Source of the DNA: Camelus dromedarius
Taxonomy: Eukaryota
DNA: 64,000 nucleotides
Assembly: GCF_036321535.1 (NCBI RefSeq)
Contig: NC_087437.1
Coordinates: forward strand, 44,766,001-44,830,000
Direction: 5' to 3'
Shown here: positions 12,345 through 26,015 of the stretch, one piece after another
Numbering within the stretch: position 1 is the first letter of the stretch
Layout of the letters: the number at the start of each line of letters is the position of its first letter
Program-made: the position numbers and the translations under genes
The notes under the pieces: model-generated
The model's input: the letters and a program-made list of their open reading frames with translations, nothing else
Database searches by the model: none
Told to the model about the DNA's origin: nothing

Positions 12345-12960
12345 AATGTTGATCATGCTGTGTATATATTGTTCTTATTTATTTAAGATAATGTAGTTTC
12401 TCATATTGTTTTAAAAAATAATCATTGGAGGGAACACCCCCAAATTAATTCTATGTGGCCACTGTTACCCTCATAGCAAAACCAAAGGCACTACAAAAAA
12501 AGAAAATTATCAGCTAGTATCTCTGATGGATATAGATGTCAAGATCCTCAGCAAAGTATTGGCAAAACAAATTTAATAATATATTAAAAGCATCATAAAA
12601 CGTAATAATCCATAGTATAATTATATGATAATTAATGCAGCTATTTACCTACTATTGGATATTAGGTTTACCTGCATTGTTCTGTTCTTATAGGTAATCT
12701 TTTGTGGAACATTTTTAAACTTGATATTTGTTCCTCTCACTGATTCTTCTGGGGTACACTTCTAGTCATAAAGTTTGGGTTAAAGTATGAATATTTTCAA
12801 CCTCAGGCTGAAAAGACTTTGCTGAATGATGGTACATTTTCAAACCTTTAAGGAAGAGCATGTTTTTTAATCTCACTCTTGCCAATGGTGTGCATTAAAA
12901 AAAAAAAATCTTTACCCATGTGCTTGGTAAACTTGCTATCCATTATTTTAATTGATTTCT
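12345..12960 (-). mobile_element. Old L1ME-type fragment, interrupted by a younger L1 ORF2 piece
   Basis: Degenerate antisense L1 3' motifs (catagtat...ctattggatattaggtt...gaacattttt...tatgaatatttt). Confidence 0.5.
12425..12600 (+). mobile_element. Isolated internal L1 ORF2 fragment (start of RT region)
   Basis: Decayed match to [57 protein letters not shown] (aaagaaaattatcagctagtatctctgatggatatagatgtcaagatcctcagcaaagtattggc). Confidence 0.85.
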
Positions 12961-14171
12961 CTTATATTAACTTATTCAATATTAATTTACTGAGTTATTA
13001 AAATATTTTGCAAGGATATCCAATGTAGAGTCTGTATTTGGAAATGAACATATTAGCATTGATCAAAATTATTAAATCCTCTCCATGGTATAAAAACAGA
13101 AATAATATGGCACATATGTTAACTGGAGGATCTACTCTAAGACATTATAAGTTTGTAATTAATTTAATAATCCATCCCAGGATGATATTCTAAAAGGAGC
13201 CTATGTTCAGGTTTGCCAAGGCCTGAATCTTTCTGCAGATCAACATACTCACATTTTGAAAACTGAACTTCAAGGAGCTTTAAAGCACTTGGTGTGTTGA
13301 AGCTGGAAAATAGAAAGAGTCTGACAACTAGGTTGACAGGTGTCAGAGATTGCCTTATAAAAGTCTGAATATATTATTCCAAACTGTTGCAAGGAAGTAA
13401 TCATATTTGATTCCTTCAACAAGGTCATCATAGTTCCTAAGAGGGTGGGAGAGAGGGGACAGTGAAAGAACTGGAGTTAAACATGTACATAAATCAATGT
13501 TTAATGATTCCAAGGTCATAATTTAAAAGTTATAGGTATTTGCTTTTAGTACTGAACACAGGTATATGTGTGTGCTTAGGGATGGGGAGGGGGTGCAGGT
13601 TGTTAAGAGGCCCAGGGCATGATTAATGTCTCTGTCTAGTGGGCATGCCACCCCTTCAAATAGCTGGTGCTGTTACTACACTATGATTAACCTGTAAGGC
13701 AACAGAAAAATAGATTTGTCCCACATTGCACTCTATCATTCTCTGATGTCATTTTTCAAGAGGTGCCACAGGAGAAACGACACTTCATCATGGGTGGATG
13801 GGTGGTGGGTGGGAGTGAGGGTGGAGGTGGAAGGTATCGCTTTCCAAATCTCAGTGCTGTTCATGATATCTCTATTTTTATCTGTTTTATTATTGGATTC
13901 TGTCTGTGTTTTCATATGTAATAGAAAGCATTTTTCTGAAAATGAAGAATGGAATTTAGCTTATTTTAAACAATAGCTATAATTCTGATGCCAAAAGAAA
14001 TGCCAGATTTATAGGCCTAGAAGTTTCTCTAAAAACATTTGTTAGATTTGTTTATGTTGGTGAAAAATATTTCAGAGAGGCGAAATCTTGGAAAGGCACA
14101 AATATATAATAGTAACAGGAAAGTAATTTAAGCCCTCTTTTCCTTAAAAATATTCATCATCATCATCAATT

Positions 14172-14312
14172 AAATTTAATTGAGCACAAACTCTGTGCAG
14201 AACACTATGCTATGCATTGAGAGCAGATAAAGCTATGATACAATCCATGGTGCTCAAGGGATTCATAATCTCTTTAGAGTGCGCAGGCATGAACATAAAC
14301 AAACAAATGGCA
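14172..14312 (-). mobile_element. L2 3' end
   Basis: aatttaattgagcacaaactctgtgcagaacactatgcta...tgctcaagggattcataatct. Confidence 0.65.
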
Positions 14313-14784
14313 ATAAAAAGAAGCCAAGGCTCAATGCCAAGTGATTTTGTAGCTAGTAAGGTATCTGAGCCACAGCAGAGTGATTCATTTAAAATTTTCA
14401 TTATATTTATTTTCTTACAATTTACATATATATTTTAAAATATTTTAACATTGCCATAGATTCTTGGACACTTTATGAAATACGGAGGCACACACCATAG
14501 ATAAAGTAAATCTGAAGAATGCTATGGGGGAAAAATAAAATCTGATCCTGTACCTGTCAGCTGATAAATCAGAGAAAATTCAAAAGAGCAGGTCTTACAA
14601 GTCTGCAAACCCCTGTGCCTCTCTGGAGGTTAAAGTGACAGCACCCCGAGTGTGTGCAGTTCTTCTATAGCAATATTCAGTGTCAGTTCCTGGAATCATT
14701 CATTTATAAAGGCATTTCTGTATGACAACATCCTTTTAATTCGGAATCCAGACTTAATACTACCTGACCAGAACATAGCCACAT

Positions 14785-15250
14785 GCCCATCCACCCAAGC
14801 TCTAATTCTTGAAATTACTACAGACTGTTTTTCTTCTTCACACCCCACTCAATTATTCTGACTCCTATTTTTGCCAACCACTCAATTGCTGAGTTCAATT
14901 TATTTTTTTCTGATAATGTATTTCATTGCTGTCATTTAATCTCTAATAATTGTTGCCTAATTCACGCCATTCATTATTCCAGCACATTGGACTTTTGTTT
15001 CCTAATTTGGAGTCTTTCTGCCCACCATTTCATCCTGCAAACTGCTCAGAAACTAACCTCCTAAAAAGCTGCTTTGATTATGCCCATTTTCCCCATTCCT
15101 CTCCTTTGCTTAACAACTTTGCATATTTTCCAGTGAACAATTCTTAATGGTCCTGCAAGTAATACAGTCTTTCCCTAAAACACAACTATTGCTTTTTATT
15201 ATTCTCATGACATCTAACAGGGTAATGCCTTGAAGTAATTTGCATTCTTT
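14785..15250 (+). mobile_element. L2 fragment
   Basis: cacccaagc...caccccactcaat...ttcatcctgcaaactgc...cctcctaaaa...ctttgcttaacaacttt. Confidence 0.55.
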
Positions 15251-15384
15251 TTTTTTCCCTAATAGTATTTTATGCTAGTTGAGGCTACAGATTCTGTGCT
15301 CACCATCTCTACATACTGCATTTATACCGAGGGTGTAGAACCATGAAACAGTACCGTGAAATAGATGAATCCGTATTGAAACAG

Positions 15385-15826
15385 TGGATTCGTTTCTTGG
15401 GGCGACCATAACAAAATACCACCAACTGGGTGGTTTAAACAACAAAAACATATTGTCTCATGATTGTGGATGCTAGAAGTCAAGATTGAGGTGTCTGTAG
15501 ATAGGGTTGGTTTATTCTGGCAGTTCTGAAAAATAATTCGTTCCTTGTCTCTCTCTTTGCTTCTGGTAGATTGCTGGCAACACTTGGCTTTCTTTGGCTT
15601 GTGGCAGCCTAGTTCCAGTCTTCATGTGGGTTTCTCATTGTGTCTGTCTTTATGTCTAAATTTCCCCTTTTAATAAGGACACAATTCTATTGGATTAGAG
15701 CTTACTCTAATAACCTTGTCTTAACCTGATCATCTACAGACTCTATTTCCCAATAAAGTCACGTTCAGAGGCACCAGGGATTAAGACTTTAAAATCTTTT
15801 TAGGAGATACAGTTCAACCCAAAACA
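15385..15826 (-). mobile_element. MLT1 (MLT1B/C-like) MaLR solo LTR
   Basis: TG...CA ends, ccataacaaaataccaccaactgggtggtttaaacaaca, ttttaataaggacac; 5-bp TSD aacag/gacag. Confidence 0.88.
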
Positions 15827-17354
15827 GACAGTTAGATATCAACTATATATACTGCAGAGATTTTTTTTTAAGGAAATCAATTTGTAGGTTCTTACTTGAC
15901 TATGTTGCTATTTGTTTACTCCTGAAAGTGTTCGTTTGATCCCTACAAACTACATGTAAAATGTCTAACTTTTCCATTCCCCCTTTTCTAGCTTTTTGTG
16001 TGGATTCAGAATGCTTGATATCAAATTTAAATCCTGTTGTTTTAAAATAACTTTAGCAGTTTGGGTGAGGAGGCCCTGATAAAATACTGAAGTATTTCCA
16101 AGTGACACATTGTACATTTGTTTAGTTCCAGTTAGCTGGGTTCATTGATCTGCATGATTATCTAATCACATTACTATACAATATTGCAAAGTAGAAGTCT
16201 GCATAAGCTTTCTGTGATTGGTCATCATAGAAAATAGAATCTTGATTTGCTATGGTTCCAGATGGTGGCTTGCTCGTAATAGTTTAGATTTAATCACAAT
16301 CATTATAAACTAAACGAAGCTAAATTATACTATCTTGGAGAGAATTTTCATGTTGTTTGCAATCATGGTCTCTTGCAGAAGATGTGTCCTTATCTGTTCT
16401 AGAGATAAGAATAGATTATTATTTCTGTGACATTTTTCAAATGTTGCCAGCTCTTTATCACAGAGAATGAATCCTTAAAATTAGTGTTAGCCAGTTTTGA
16501 ATGTTATTTATTTGCTGTATTCATCTTTTGAACACATCCAAGTAGAATGCTTTTTTGGTGTTGAGAAACATACTTTGCAGTAATATGACAGGTATTTTGA
16601 GATTATTGCTAACATTATCAATTTGCTTTGAGAAAATATTTTAGTGTACATTAGTATAAAATGTCCCTAGTTTTTTAAAAATTATTTATTGGCAGTTATA
16701 AATTCAGTATGCAATATTTTATGCTGGCTGTCCGGAACCTAGCTCTGTACAGCTTACAGAACATTTATTTTTACCACCTAAGTCATAAAAGTTGTTTTCC
16801 GTATCTTCAGTCAAACTTAACTACAGGCAAGAAGAAGTGGAAAAATTACCTGTCACATTATTCACAGGCCAGACCAACACACTGTAATACCATGGCCCAC
16901 TAAGCTAATTTAGAAGAAAAAATGGGAAGAGGTTTTTAAAAGATGACATTTATATGTAATATATGTAGAAGAGTTTAGGGTTTGACAGTTTGAGATTGTG
17001 TCCTCTTTAGAGAGAATGCATAATGACTTTTATTTCTTTTGAAATATGCATAACTTCTTGAAGGTAACTTTCAACTCTCATTAGCACTTTTCAAAGCAAG
17101 TTTCCCATCTCTATGAAAGCAAAGGGTACAACATACTTGAACTTTGAATCACTGAATCCTTATCAGCAATTTGCTCATTTCCCCTTTTGTTTGGGACTTT
17201 TACTCCATTAATCTGTTAGGGAAAAACCCTACTATGGACATCAAAGGTGAGGTTTTCTGTGAAGTCTCATACTTAATCAGCATTGTAAGAATATATCTGA
17301 TTCCAGCTAAAGTATGGAATGCTGTTAAGATCTGTTAGTAGGAATAAGTTTATG

Positions 17355-17845
17355 CATAAGAGTGTGGTTTTTGGAGTCAGGCTCTCTGGATTTGCATCTC
17401 AAACTTGTTTCTTATTGGCTTGTTACCTTTTGCAAGCTAATTTCTTGGAGCTATACTCTTATCTATAAAATGAGAGTAATAATGTTACCCATCTCATGGT
17501 TACATTGAATATTATGTCAGGGTTATCAGGGTTTCTCAACCTGAACACTATGATACTTTGTGCCAGTTCTTTGTTGTAGGGGGCTGTCCTGTACTTTGAA
17601 GAATTTTGAGCAACATCTCTGGCCTCTGGTTCCTAAAGGCCAGTATAGTGATCCTCCTCTCAGTTGTGACAACCAAAAATGTCTCCACGTATTGCTAAAC
17701 GCCCCTGCATATTGCTAAATGCCCCTTCATCCACAGTTGAGAATCACTGGATTATAGAGAGATCAATATCTACATTTAGAGAGAGAGAGGTTTGTGTATT
17801 TCCTGGCACGTAATAAATGCTCAGTAAACTTTAGCTCTAATTATG
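17355..17845 (+). mobile_element. MIR split by a MER20 insertion
   Basis: ttggagtcag...atctataaaatgagagtaataatg..ccatctcat before MER20; cctggcacgtaataaatgctcagtaaa after it. Confidence 0.7.
17527..17749 (+). mobile_element. MER20 hAT MITE with an internal ~20-bp duplication
   Basis: cagggtttctcaacct...ggggctgtcctg...cagttgtgacaaccaaaaatgtctcca...ttgagaatcactg; tattgctaaaYgcccct occurs twice. Confidence 0.88.
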
Positions 17846-19299
17846 CTATAATGAACAGATATTTGTAATACCTTCTTTGAAGAACCATGCTATTCAAGAA
17901 CACGAGCACTACCTTGTTTCCATCTCTGTGTGCCTGTGTGTATCAATACATATCTGAGTACATGTCTATATGTACATATATGGGTGTATGTATACTATCT
18001 GTTTTCTATTAGTCAAAATGAGGGGCATAGTAAAATAGCTAATATCTACAGATAATGTCAAGCCTGATTAGTTTTAATGCTCTTAGATACTGAATATTTA
18101 ACAAATTACCAAAGCTTTGCAGGAGAAATGGGCTTAAATGATCTCCCTCTCCTATGTGACCCTATAAGCATAAAATACATGCACAGCGAATGACACAGCA
18201 GAATGAAAAGATTGCTACCCATCACACTATATCAGAGGATTGTGACCAGTAAGGATTTTTCCCTCTCACACCACAGTGGGGTCCAAAAAATAGTCTAAGA
18301 TATTTTTTAAATGCTACTTGATCCCTTAAGCCTGAAATGAGAAGCGGTGTGTGAACATGACAAAAGCTGGTGTTTCGTTCAGGTATTTCCACTTTCCTAA
18401 TGTTAATAATAACCTTGGTTTCTTCGTTTTCTGTATCATTCAAGGCCTTTTTCCTTATCTCCTGTAATGACCTCAGTGCTGTTTAGGTAGGGATCATTTG
18501 ACCTTCTTGTGGACAAGGAGACTGAGACAGAGGTCAAACTCCTATTAAGTGACAGTCACGAGACAAATAACAGGACTCCCAGTATGGAAGTTTCCCTGTT
18601 ACCCCACAGGCCAACAGACGGTTTGGCTCACCTCCTACTGCTCGGCATTGGCTACTCTGAGAGCAGAGACGGCATATCCTCATGTATGGAGCCTGTTCCT
18701 TCCATACGTCTTTCTTTCTCGCCGTTTCGAGTTACTTAGTCCTTCACTGCACACTCAAGGGTCATTCCCCCATCAGGCTTTGGTAATGCCTTCCATGAAT
18801 TGTACTCTTAAATATTCCTCTGGACACCCATTTAGTTGAGTTTGTAGTAGGAGCACACTGACATTGTTAAGGTTAATGACTCAATGTTTTATAAGTTGAA
18901 ACACATTTGAGGTTACATTGATTGTTTGGATAGTTTTATTCAACAGTGTGTGAAGGCCTGGAGTGCGGGTGTTACTGCCTTGATGGAACATCTCTGTAAT
19001 ACCCTCAGTGGTGTGGTGTTGATAGTGATAATGTAACAGCAAGCCTTGTACCCGTCTAACAGTGCTTTTGAAATGTGAGCTTTAAAAATTACCGCTGACA
19101 AATTTACACTGGCACGTGGGTACTATACTATGACAAACATTTATGAAGAGATTTATATTCTACACAACATACTTATTTGAAATTTTGTCACATAGGAATC
19201 ATCAATTCCGCTGTCCAATGACAGTGCTAATGATCCGAGGTTCAGTCCCTTGGTCAAGATTGTTACTAAATGGCAGTAACAATATTTATTATTATATTA

Positions 19300-19495
19300 T
19301 TATTACTAACATTTATAGAATGGCTACTCTGTAATAGACGTTATATTAAATGCTTTATTGTATTTATTGTATTAATAAACCCATCTCTTGGTTAGAAAGT
19401 TTAAGTAGATTTTTATGGCCACATAAAGTTAAGTGGAAATCTGAAGCCAGGCAGTCTGATTTTAGAGTTTATTCCCTTAACTTCCACTATGCACT
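19300..19495 (-). mobile_element. MIR relic
   Basis: ctaacatttatagaatgg...gaagccaggcagtctgattttagag...cccttaac. Confidence 0.6.
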
Positions 19496-20024
19496 TCCTC
19501 TTTCATTCATAGAGCTGGACCTTGAGTCAAGTCCTCCAACTTTTTCTACCAGTAGGCTGTTCGTTTGTCTGCCTTCCTCTTTCTAAGACCTTATTTTGAT
19601 TGACCGCTATATACTAGTTTCTCAGAACCTTGGTGGATAAAAAAACTATTGTGTATAAATGTTTGAAGTTGCTTCTCACTGGGAAAGATAGTTTTTTATT
19701 TGGCAATGTATCTCCAGTGCCTACTGCACTGGCCAAGGCAATTAACAAATGTTAATGAATTAACCTATTCTTTTAAATTGGGATATTTTCATGGAACCTT
19801 TGAAAATATTTGTGTCTTATTCCAAATAAATGACTTAATTATGGGCATTTTTATGTACCATGGTCGGTCAATACTGGAAAATTTTGTAAAAGTGGAAGAG
19901 CATGCAGACTTTTAGGCACATCTGAAATTTCACAATATAGGTAGTTTTCTTACATTAATCATGTATATGTCTGGCCTTTCTCTAGTAATCCTATTCTAAT
20001 AAATTATTCCTAAATGTTATGTTA

Positions 20025-21450
20025 GAAATAGAAGAAACATAATGAACCTAAGAGCTTCCAAAGATTAAAAACAAAACTATGTAATTAAAAGCATAATCTC
20101 TACAAAAGGATTAATATAGGACTGGCATCAGAATCACATCAGCAACTCAGTATTGTAGCAGAAAATGGGAAAAAACCTTTAAAGGTTTTAGAGAAAATTA
20201 TTTTCAACCTAGAAAACTAAATTAAGTCAATCTATCAACCAGTTAGGCAAACAGAATCAGGACCTCTCTATCGCATGGACTCACAGAACTTACCTCTCAT
20301 GGATATATTATTAAAGAACTACTTGAAGATGTTACTCAACCAAATGAGGAGAGAAACAAGATAAAGGATGATGCGGAATCCAGGAAACAGTGACTGATTC
20401 AGAAGGGTAGAGAAAACAGGGAAGAGGAGTGTGGCTGTACAGCCATCCAAAAAAGCAAACAGTCCAGTTAGAAGCAGAAAGAGCCACATCTGAAAGGGTA
20501 CAAATCAAAATCAAATGCAAGTGTTTCCTAGAAACACTAGGGAAACCCAAAGTGCATATAAGAAATTTTTAGTTTCAAATATGAAATCTCCAATTTAAAA
20601 TAGAGGGTAAAATCAGTGGACTTTAAGAATGGAACCCATTTCAAGCAATGAATAGATCAAGTAATAAGCTAACAGATATTTGGAATATCATGAAGACAGA
20701 AAATGTTTCTCTGCTCAATAAGGTGGAGGGGGAAAAATGAGAAATTCCAGGTTGGAAAAACAAAACTAAAACCAAAAGTGAAGCATGGTCAGAATATGAA
20801 GCTGATTAAATTGTATCTTGATTTTGATCAGTAAGTAAGAAAGGAAAATCTATATGAATAGTATTTTTGAGTGGAATGGGGTTATATGTCTTACTGGCTA
20901 GAAACATTACAATTCTGACAGCTGATTTGGCTCTGTAGTGAACAATAGTTACATAGTCAAAATGTCATACATGCTGTTTACTTTTAGAATAAACCTATAT
21001 ATGAATAAATTAATTGTGGTTGTATAATAGAATGTAAATAATAGGAGTCTTGTTAATATGAAAGTAAAAGTAGTTTGGTGATGGAAAAAGCATAGCGGTA
21101 CTACTGTATTCATTTTACATTGGGGAAAAATTGAGATATAATCCATAATTAATATAACGAAAAATAAAGGTTTAGGTATTTGTACAGTTTTAAAGATAAA
21201 TATTTAAAGATACACAGGAACTAAAAATAGCGTTTATAACTATGTTTGGGATAAAGAAATAAAAAGTTGATGGCTGTTTATGAACTAAATTCATCTTTGT
21301 AGCACAAGGTTAATAGATTTTTTAAAATTATAAATTAGTAAAGAGTAATATTAGCATATGATTCAGGAAAATAGATAAAACCATCAGGATAACTAAAAAC
21401 AGAAGCTCAAGTGTGGTAGGAAGAGTGGTAAATAAAACTAATTGATTACT
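20025..21450 (+). mobile_element. HAL1-like (ORF1-only L1 derivative) relic
   Basis: Decayed L1 ORF1 C-terminal region (actggcatcaga..tcagcaac...agaaaattattttcaacctagaa...aagaactacttgaagatgt) followed by HAL1-like caggaaacag...gctgtacagc...aacagtccagttagaagcag, with no ORF2. Confidence 0.65.
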
Positions 21451-22279
21451 ACTCTGATGATATATGAGTAAATAAAGTATCAGAACTAGAGGGAGGAGAG
21501 GAAGGGAGGACGGAAGAGGAAATATTAATTCAGTAACTGAGAGAACAGTAATGAGTCAGTCAGGTCACAAAGCAGGAGTCAGAATCCAGAGAATAATTAA
21601 CTTAGGGACACACTGTAAGCAAAGTTAGTGTTCTAGATTTGTTTGGTCCCTGTAGGCTTTATCTTATTACTGATTGAACAAAATCAGGAGTTGAGAAACT
21701 GAACACCATCATGAAAGAAAATCTAGAAATGTATTATTTAACAACACTCCTTTTCCAGTTAATGAAGGTGGAATATAATGTAACTCTACTCACTAATAAT
21801 GCTTCTTTAGTAGCTTAGGCTTCATTTGGCCAAACTGGTATTTTTACTGTGATGGTACTCTTCATCACTGTGTGCGCAAATCAACATCACTATAGAAAGA
21901 GTTTAAAATAATTGCTTTTATTTAACATCACTTGGATAATCAAAAGTAACATTTAAAATAAACATTATTATCTAATTGTTTTATGAATGCAAATCTTAGG
22001 CCCATATCAGCTGTGTAAGAGCAGGACAATGTCATATTCCATAGTTTGTAGTATTTAATTTCAATACAACTGAATACCATATGCAATTTATAATTCTGAA
22101 AACCTAAATCAAGCTATACATATCTTAAGAATTTACATCAATATTTCTAATTACTGTAAAGAATTATTTACAGGATTTTCAGTTATATGTCCCTGGCTAG
22201 AAAGAAAAGTTCAGGGAAGTATATATATTACAAATATATATATCCCTCGAGTCTCAAGACACTCAGTTTTGAATGTATG

Positions 22280-22282
<3 letters not shown>

Positions 22283-22317
<35 letters not shown>

Positions 22318-22326
22318 ATATATATA
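22283..22326. repeat. (TG)15 microsatellite with (TA) tail
   Basis: Read directly from the sequence. Confidence 0.95.
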
Positions 22327-23653
22327 AAATCTTAAATTCTAAAAGAATCACATCTCATTGCATAGCAGATGTTTCCTTTTTAAGGTAAAAGCCATCACAG
22401 AGAAGTATTAGATGAGCTTGTGGAGAGATTTGGAAACCCTTAATATGTTAGCTTTTGGAAATGTAAAACAAATTCATTTTTTCTGAGGATCCCTTACCAG
22501 TATGTAACTTATTTATCTTTTGTCTCACAGATGCATTTTAGTCTTAACCAAACTTGAACCAACTAACCAGATCATGTGCCATTGTATTACATTCTGTGAC
22601 AAATGGACCTTGTTTCATTTCGAAGGATTTGAACTTGAAATCACTCCCAACAGTTTTAAAGCAAATGTCTTTCCTCCTGTCAACCATTGCCTAATTTAAA
22701 CTTCCCATCTGCATTTCTAATTATGATACAGGAAAAATCTGTGTCGAACAAAGAGTTTTGTTTTTTCTTTCCCTCTCAGGAAGGACAAATTTAGGCATAT
22801 GGCTAAATGAAGGCAGCAGTTTCATTTCACACCTTAAAAATGCCTTCTAATCATTTTTATCAATTTTTTAGGTACCTGAAGTTTACTTTTAAAACATATA
22901 ATCATATTCTTATAAAAGTTTACATAACCATCTATTCATATTGTTTTGACATAATTAAATGTGAATTAGTTAATAGCATACTATTTAATGCCAAAAATGT
23001 GAAATACATATTTTTAAGTTATTTCTAAAGTCTTATTTATGTACTTGACAAAGTGAATGTTTTTTCCCCATGTTTTCTTAGGCCAAACAGTAAAAAGTTT
23101 ATTATTTTTAGCTCTGTGATATTGGGCACAATATGAAAAGTCCTGTTTTATTTTGATACAGTGATTGAATATAACGAATGTGTCAGGAGCACAGACTATC
23201 TGGTGATTTGGGGCAAGTTATAAGTTCATAGTAATATACTGACATGAAGAATGTCAGAATCTGGTATTTTAGACTTCTTACTCTTAAAATACCTTGAATG
23301 GATTGAACACAGTGAATGACTCATGCTGTCATCCATAGAAATATTTCTTGTTCTAGGTAAAACTTGAGGTTAGTTGGTTAAATGGTTGGGTCTGTACCCA
23401 CACAGTGGTTAACCGATGGCTAAAAGGAAGGTTTAATGCCTTCACACATGCATTTAAATCTCTCCAGAAACACTGAACACCAAAACTAAAAATCAGATCA
23501 TTCTGTTTGATTGTGGTTTTATAATATCTTTAGCTATAAAACATACTTTCAGTAAAGATAAATGACCATAGCTCTAGTGTAAAGTATTTACCAGAAGTAA
23601 TTACACAAAATGGAATTTTTGTTTTAAAGAAATGAAGCTCTGAGTTCCTTGGA

Positions 23654-23780
23654 ACTTACCAGCATTTATATGAATTTCCATCAGTTGTAAAGACACAATA
23701 AACGTGTAATTTTTATACTTACCAGCATTTATATGAATTTCCATCAGTTGTAAAGACACAATAAACGTGTAATTTTTATA
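23654..23780. repeat. Perfect 63-bp tandem duplication
   Basis: acttaccagcatttatatgaatttccatcagttgtaaagacacaataaacgtgtaatttttat occurs at 23654-23716 and 23717-23779. Confidence 0.97.
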
Positions 23781-24491
23781 ATTCAGGTTACATATATATG
23801 TATGTATATATGTTAACATATAAGTTAATGTATAATCATGTAGATCTGAATTTTATTAATATGTGTATAAGAATTTTTCTCGATTTTAATAGCCTGTAAG
23901 CTTCTCTTCAGAAAATATGAATCTTGGCAGTTTTCTTGTTTATACATAGTGACTATTGAGAAGAAGAAAATAGATAAGAAAAAATGATAAGATAAAACAG
24001 AGAATATTAATCTGGCTAATGCACATGCACATATATTTGTATCCATTACTGGATAAATTCTTTGTGGAACCATAGTCCCTTAGCATTAATTAATTAATGT
24101 TTAACATTCAATTATGATTAGTTAATATTAGGAATCATTCATTTATTTCAGAGTTTTATTGAAATATAATATAGGCATTGTCCCATGATCTGAATTTACC
24201 AACATGGTGATAAGTATTTATACCTGTGTGTGTATTTCAGTAGGACGAAGATGAGCATTTAATTCTGACTGAGAAGCCTGGACATGATCATTGAGCTGGG
24301 CTTTATAGGATCAGTAGATAATCATTATACACAAGAATAGCAGAGTTACAGGGCTTGATGAACATCTGTGCTATGATTCAGAAAGTACCAGTTTCAGTAC
24401 AGTGCTGGGAAACTAAAGGACCTGGAGAGATAGGCTAAGGCCAAACTCTGAAGGGCCTCAGATTTCACGTGCAGAATTTAGGACTTAATTC

Positions 24492-25950
24492 TTTTTTTTT
24501 TTTTTTAACATTTTATTTGGAAAGAATGTCAAGCTTACAGAAAAGTTGCAAGAATAAGAATAGACTAATACAAATAATAATACAAATCTTACATACTCTT
24601 TACCTAGAATCACCTATTGTTAACTCTCTTAACCATTTATCAGTCCTTTGTTCTCCCTTTCCCTCTCTCTGTGTTGATACCGAGATAGATATGGGGATAC
24701 CTATAGATAGATAGGTATAGATATGTCTTTATAGCTGAAGTATTTTAGAATACATTATGTAAGCAAGTTCTTTTACCTTAAATATGTCACTGTACATTTC
24801 CCCAAAGCAGGAATATTCTTTTACGTAGCTCAATACAGTATCTACTTCAGTAAATTTCACATTAATAGAGTTCTTTTTATCTAATCTACTGTTTGCATTC
24901 TAGTCTTTTCAATTGGCCCATTAATATCTTTTATGATCTTCATTTTTCTCTAGTATGAGCACTAGTCTAAGATCAGATGCTGTGTTTAGTTATTATGCTT
25001 TTTAGGCTCATTAATCTGGAACATTTACACAGCCTTTGTCTTTTTTTATACATATTGTTTCAGTTTTTATTGTGGTAAAATATACGTAACAGAAAATTGA
25101 TCATCTTAACCATTTTTAAGTGTTCAGTTCAATGATAATAAATACATTCATATTTTTGCACGACCATCAGCATCATGCCATCTCCATAGCTCTCTTCACC
25201 TTTTAAAACTGAAACTCTATACCCTTTAAACAGTAACTCCCCATTCATTTTCTTCACTCCTGGCAACTAGCATTCTGCTTTTTGTCCCTATGATTGTGAC
25301 TGCTTCAGGAGCCTCATGTAAGTGGCATCATTTAGTATTTTTCTTTTTGTGATTGACTTGTTTCATTTAGCATAATATCCTCAACGTATATCCATGTTGT
25401 AGCAGAATTTCCTGTCTTTGTGAAGCTGAGTAATCTATTGTGTGTACACACCACATTTTGTTGAGCCATTCATCCATCTATGGAGACTTGTATTGTTTTC
25501 CTGGTTTAGCTTTCATGCATAATGCTGTGAATGTGAGTGTATCTCTTCCAGACCCCACTTCCGGTTCTTTCAGATATATACCTGGAAGTGGAATTGTGTG
25601 ATCATATGGTTATTCTACTTTTAATTTTTTGAGGAAACTTCATACTGTTTTCTCCAGCAGCCGTGCCATTCTGCATTCCCATAAAAGGTGCACAAGGGTT
25701 TACTTTCTCCACATCCTCACCAGTAGTTGTTGTTATTATTTATGATGGTCATCATCCTAATGGCTGTGAGGTGGTAGCTCACTGTGATTTCTTCTTCATC
25801 TTTTACGACATTGACATTTTTTGAAACATTCAGTCTCCCTTTTCTTCCACCTCACTATTTTAAATAAAATGTTCCCCATTTGGAGTTTGTTGTACATTTT
25901 TTAATATTAGGTTTAGGTTATATATTCCTGGCTGAGCCATTATGTACATG
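24492..25950 (-). mobile_element. L1MC/L1MD-type 3' end, split by an L1MB
   Basis: ttttatttggaaagaatgtcaagcttacagaaaagttgcaagaata...tcacctattgttaac; resumes after 25800 with gacattgacattttttgaa. Confidence 0.7.
25063..25792 (-). mobile_element. L1MB-type 3' end with ORF2 C-terminus
   Basis: ttttattgtggtaaaatatac...catcttaaccatttttaagtg...aactgaaactctatacc...ttttttgaggaa...catcctaatgg. Confidence 0.88.
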
Positions 25951-25964
25951 ATGTTTGGGGTGGG

Positions 25965-25978
25965 GTTTTTTTGTTTTC

Positions 25979-26015
<37 letters not shown>

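Noticed and set aside
1456..23780. Direct repeats (1456-1554, 23654-23780) as a possible CRISPR-like array
   Set aside because: Only two adjacent copies each, with no spacers, in eukaryotic intronic DNA.
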